Below, one piece after another: positions 61,112 to 64,000 of a DNA stretch of 64,000 nucleotides (positions are counted from its first letter, which is position 1; each line of letters begins with the position of its first letter). The DNA lies in contig JBDNJA010000183.1 of assembly GCA_041688005.1 (NCBI GenBank), positions 7,952-71,951 on the forward strand. Reading direction: 5' to 3'. The stretch comes from Gammaproteobacteria bacterium. Lineage in GTDB: Bacteria > Pseudomonadota > Gammaproteobacteria > GCA-001735895. Made by a program: the position numbers and the translations under genes. The notes below the pieces were generated by a model. That model had not been told where the DNA came from. It saw nothing but the letters and a program-made list of their open reading frames with translations, and made no database searches.

Positions 61112-61450
61112 TTATTTGGGCAATTGAACCAATACCCAGGGTTTCACAACCGCTGTCCACAACAGGCTGTCTTGTTCAAACCATGCTTTTGCTTGGTCAG
61201 TGCTGACAGCTGCCACCAATGACTGGTCGAGCCATGGCTTTACCTGATCGGCAAGATCTCGCTGGAATGCAAAAGCAACATCGATTAAATCTAGTTCGGG
61301 TGAAACATACAAAGTACTGCCGTTAGCGAAGAAACGCTGTAATTCGGTCCAGGGAATTTTTGCTGTTTCAGATACCAGTTTGCCCCGAATCAGTTCAAGG
61401 TCTTGCTCGTGTTCCTGCTGAAGGATGCTTGCGAGGCCTGGGTTGTTCAT
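61112..61450 (-). CDS. DUF2288-family protein
   Basis: 112 aa, downstream of oxyR on the same strand. Confidence 0.5.
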   Translation of the reverse strand: MNNPGLASILQQEHEQDLELIRGKLVSETAKIPWTELQRFFANGSTLYVSPELDLIDVAFAFQRDLADQVKPWLDQSLVAAVSTDQAKAWFEQDSLLWTAVVKPWVLVQLPK

Positions 61451-61475
61451 AGCTGGTTATTCATGGTTGAGATTT

Positions 61476-62396
61476 TCACTGAAGTATTTCAACCCCGTTA
61501 AGGGGAGTGGTTTGAATAGTCTCTCGTATAGTCGCAATCGTGTCTTTACGTGGATAATGCTTGCGCCAGGCAATTGCGACAGTGCGGCTCGGGGCAGGTG
61601 CCTTAAATGGTTTGAAATCAATCAACCGCTCATCATGATGGCTGTGCAAAATACTGGTATGTGGTAATACCGTAATACCAGTGCCAGCAGCCACCATATG
61701 GCGAATCGTTTCAAGTGATCCACCTTCCAGGCTACGCGTTATTTCGCTATTACCCACCATGCAGTTAGGGCAGGCTTTAATCACCTGATCACGAAAGCAA
61801 TGCCCTGCACCTAGTAACATCAAGTCCTGTTGAGCGAGGTCTTCGGGTAGAATCTCTTTGCGTTTGTTCCAGGCGTGATCACGAGGCAGTGCGACGACGA
61901 AAGGTTCTTCATACAAAGCCGAGGTTTCGATGCCTGGCTCTGCAAAGGGATAGGAAATGATAATGGCATCCAATGTCCCTTGTTTGAGCCACTGATACAG
62001 GTTCGCGGTAAAGTTTTCTTCGATGATCAGTTTCAAATTCGGTGCGCGTTGTTTTAGCTTTGGGATAAGGCTTGGCAGCAGGTAGGGGCCAATCGTGTAA
62101 ATAACCCCCAGTTTAAACGTGCCTGACAAAGGGTCTTTACCCTGTTGTGCTATTTCGCTTAGAATCCGTGCCTCTTGCAGCACAATATGCGCTTGATCGA
62201 TGACTTGCTGGCCAATTTCTGTGATCCGTATTTCGTTTTTCGAGCTACGTTCAAATAGGCGGACACCAAGTTCACCCTCTAATTTTTTGATCGCAATGCT
62301 GAGTGTCGGCTGGCTCACAAAGCAGGCCTGAGCCGCCAGACCAAAGTGATTTTTTTGAGAGACGGCAACGATATAGCGTAATTCTGTTAAAGTCAT
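61476..62396 (-). CDS. oxyR: LysR-family redox regulator OxyR
   Basis: Blockwise similarity to E. coli OxyR (VSQPTLS..KLE.ELGV, GPYLLP, GHCFRDQ with a second Cys in ACPNC matching the C199/C208 spacing, MVAAGTGITVLP). Confidence 0.75.
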   Translation of the reverse strand: MTLTELRYIVAVSQKNHFGLAAQACFVSQPTLSIAIKKLEGELGVRLFERSSKNEIRITEIGQQVIDQAHIVLQEARILSEIAQQGKDPLSGTFKLGVIYTIGPYLLPSLIPKLKQRAPNLKLIIEENFTANLYQWLKQGTLDAIIISYPFAEPGIETSALYEEPFVVALPRDHAWNKRKEILPEDLAQQDLMLLGAGHCFRDQVIKACPNCMVGNSEITRSLEGGSLETIRHMVAAGTGITVLPHTSILHSHHDERLIDFKPFKAPAPSRTVAIAWRKHYPRKDTIATIRETIQTTPLNGVEILQ

Positions 62397-62583
62397 TGGA
62401 TTCAAATTAAGAAAGACGATTCGATTTTGCATACTCTTGAAGAATATGCAATTAAAGGATAACTTGTGATGAATAAAAGCTATGAATTAATTGCCGCACT
62501 AATAGACGAATTAATGATCAAATCGTGGCTGTTAGGCAGTCAAAACAAATAAACACGCAAATAAATAAAACGAGTCGTAAAAG

Positions 62584-63033
62584 ATGAAATCACTATTAAA
62601 GAAGCTATTCCAACCGAATCAATCACCAGAAAAACAGCAAGATGGCGAGCATGCTCTGCGGGTCTCGACTGCTGCACTGTTGATTGAAGCCAGTCGAGCC
62701 GACTTTGAGCAAGATGCTTCTGAGCTTGCGCACATGCGCCAGTTGTTAGCACAGCAGTTTTCGCTGGATGATGGCGCACTGGACGAGTTAATGGATCAAG
62801 CCCATCAAGAGGCTGATGATCTAGTGTCCATACAACACATCACCCGGGTGCTCAATGAGCAGTTCGATCAACCCATGAAAAAACGCGTCATTGAAATGAT
62901 GTGGCAGGTGGTGTTCGCCGACGGTGTTAAATGTCATTATGAAGAGCATTTAATCCGCCAGGTTGCTGAGTTACTCTATGTGCCTCATTCAGACTTTATT
63001 CGCGCTCGGCATAAAGCGGAACCAGCAGACTAG
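62584..63033 (+). CDS. TerB-like (tellurite resistance TerB family) protein
   Basis: 149 aa; TerB-like helical fold suggested by ALLIEASRAD...RQVAELLYV. Confidence 0.5.
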   Translation: MKSLLKKLFQPNQSPEKQQDGEHALRVSTAALLIEASRADFEQDASELAHMRQLLAQQFSLDDGALDELMDQAHQEADDLVSIQHITRVLNEQFDQPMKKRVIEMMWQVVFADGVKCHYEEHLIRQVAELLYVPHSDFIRARHKAEPAD

Positions 63034-63096
63034 ATTAAACGACACTAGACCGCCACTTTTCAGGCATTATTTAAAACCAAGTTAATTGGAATTCCC

Positions 63097-64000
63097 ATGT
63101 TTAGTCCATTCCATATCCAGCCGCCTGTACAGTACATTCAGCCTCTATTCCGACCACCCAGTGAAGGCAATTCGCTGATTTTTCAGGTCACTAATGGTTG
63201 TAGCTGGAACCGCTGCACTTATTGCGAAATGTACACCGACGAGCAAAAGAAATTTCGCCCGCGAGACGAAACCGAGCTGCTAAATGAAATTCAGCGCTGT
63301 GGTGAATCAGGTCTGCAACCTCGACGTGTCTTCCTCGCCGATGGTGATGCTTTGGTGTTATCGATGCGGCGGTTGAAAATGATTCTGCAGGCGATTAAAA
63401 CCTGGCTCCCTTCGGTGTCACGTGTGTCGTCTTATTGTTTGCCCGCTAACCTGAAAAATAAAACGGTCGATGACCTGGTCGAACTCGAAGTGCTTGGTTT
63501 AAAGCTGATCTATGTCGGTGCCGAAAGTGGCGATAACGAAATATTACGCCGTATCGATAAAGGCGAAACATTCGATTCCACCGCTAGTGCGATCATGAAG
63601 GCGCATGAGGCGGGTATTAAATCATCGGTCATGGTGATTAATGGTATTGGCGGTAAAGCTTATAGTGAACAACATGCGATGGAATCTGCGCGCCTGGTTA
63701 ACTTGGTACAGCCGCATTATCTGGCGACGCTAGTACTGACTTTTGATCGTGGCAAAGAAAAAGTGATTGATGGTTATAGTGGGCAATTTAGCGAATTATC
63801 AACGCTTGAGCTATGCACCGAAATGGAACAGTTTATTCAAGCGACTCATCTCGAAAAAACAATTTTCCGTAGTGATCATGTATCCAATCATTTGGTTTTG
63901 AAGGGTGTGCTGGGGAAAGACAAAACGCAAATGCTCAGCAGCATTCAACAAGCGAGTGACTACTTTAGGGTGCATCCAAACTACCAACATCACGCCACTG
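63097..64000 (+). CDS. Radical SAM protein, 3'-partial (runs off the window end)
   Basis: CSWNRCTYC = CxxxCxxC radical SAM cluster motif at the N-terminus; open to the window end. Confidence 0.7.
   Translation, partial: MFSPFHIQPPVQYIQPLFRPPSEGNSLIFQVTNGCSWNRCTYCEMYTDEQKKFRPRDETELLNEIQRCGESGLQPRRVFLADGDALVLSMRRLKMILQAIKTWLPSVSRVSSYCLPANLKNKTVDDLVELEVLGLKLIYVGAESGDNEILRRIDKGETFDSTASAIMKAHEAGIKSSVMVINGIGGKAYSEQHAMESARLVNLVQPHYLATLVLTFDRGKEKVIDGYSGQFSELSTLELCTEMEQFIQATHLEKTIFRSDHVSNHLVLKGVLGKDKTQMLSSIQQASDYFRVHPNYQHHAT

Noticed and set aside
63811-63993. 60-aa minus-strand ORF
   Set aside because: Antisense within the radical SAM gene that runs off the window end.

Overview
This 64 kb window looks like a gammaproteobacterial-type chromosome segment: E. 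coli-like mdh, dbpA, oxyR and a btuB-btuFCD cluster, at roughly 45-52% GC overall. The composition is strongly mosaic, with AT-rich islands at 1000-1950, 16765-17870 and 18683-19110 and a GC-rich block at about 14200-16740. The main contents are as follows.
(1) A minus-strand HAAT/Liv-type ABC importer operon is followed by CMD-family, frameshifted MBL-fold and ATP-grasp genes, and a divergent TetR gene carries a long palindromic operator.
(2) A coenzyme-B12-dependent acyl-CoA mutase cluster (B12-binding small subunit, PaaK-family CoA ligase, MeaB-type GTPase, 564-aa large subunit) has large-subunit specificity residues Ile/Asp/Gln. These match 2-hydroxyisobutyryl-CoA mutase (HcmA) rather than methylmalonyl- or isobutyryl-CoA mutase. 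A truncated PduO-type adenosyltransferase remnant follows, then a GC-rich LysR/class-II aldolase insertion and an AT-rich HIBCH-like gene.
(3) A cobalamin riboswitch that no ORF track would report lies upstream of btuB-btuF-btuC-btuD. It is preceded by an island holding an IS1595-like transposase remnant and two unknown proteins.
(4) An AttH-like/FtsX/ABC trio, an FMN-dependent lactate dehydrogenase, three tandem-domain universal stress proteins, an FNT channel and a Na+/H+ antiporter, acetoacetyl-CoA synthetase, and housekeeping genes (mdh, NYN, class IV aminotransferase, dbpA, GST, SIS, RIO1 kinase) fill the middle of the window.
(5) An ArsR-ArsP pair, a TctCBA + acylating aldehyde dehydrogenase + acyl-CoA synthetase locus with a GntR regulator, a frameshifted IS30 transposase truncating an Fn3 gene, oxyR, a TerB-like gene and a partial radical SAM gene at the 3' edge complete it.
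Three different IS-family remnants (ISL3-like, IS1595-like, IS30) mark the junctions between composition blocks. I found no CRISPR array and no tRNA or rRNA gene.
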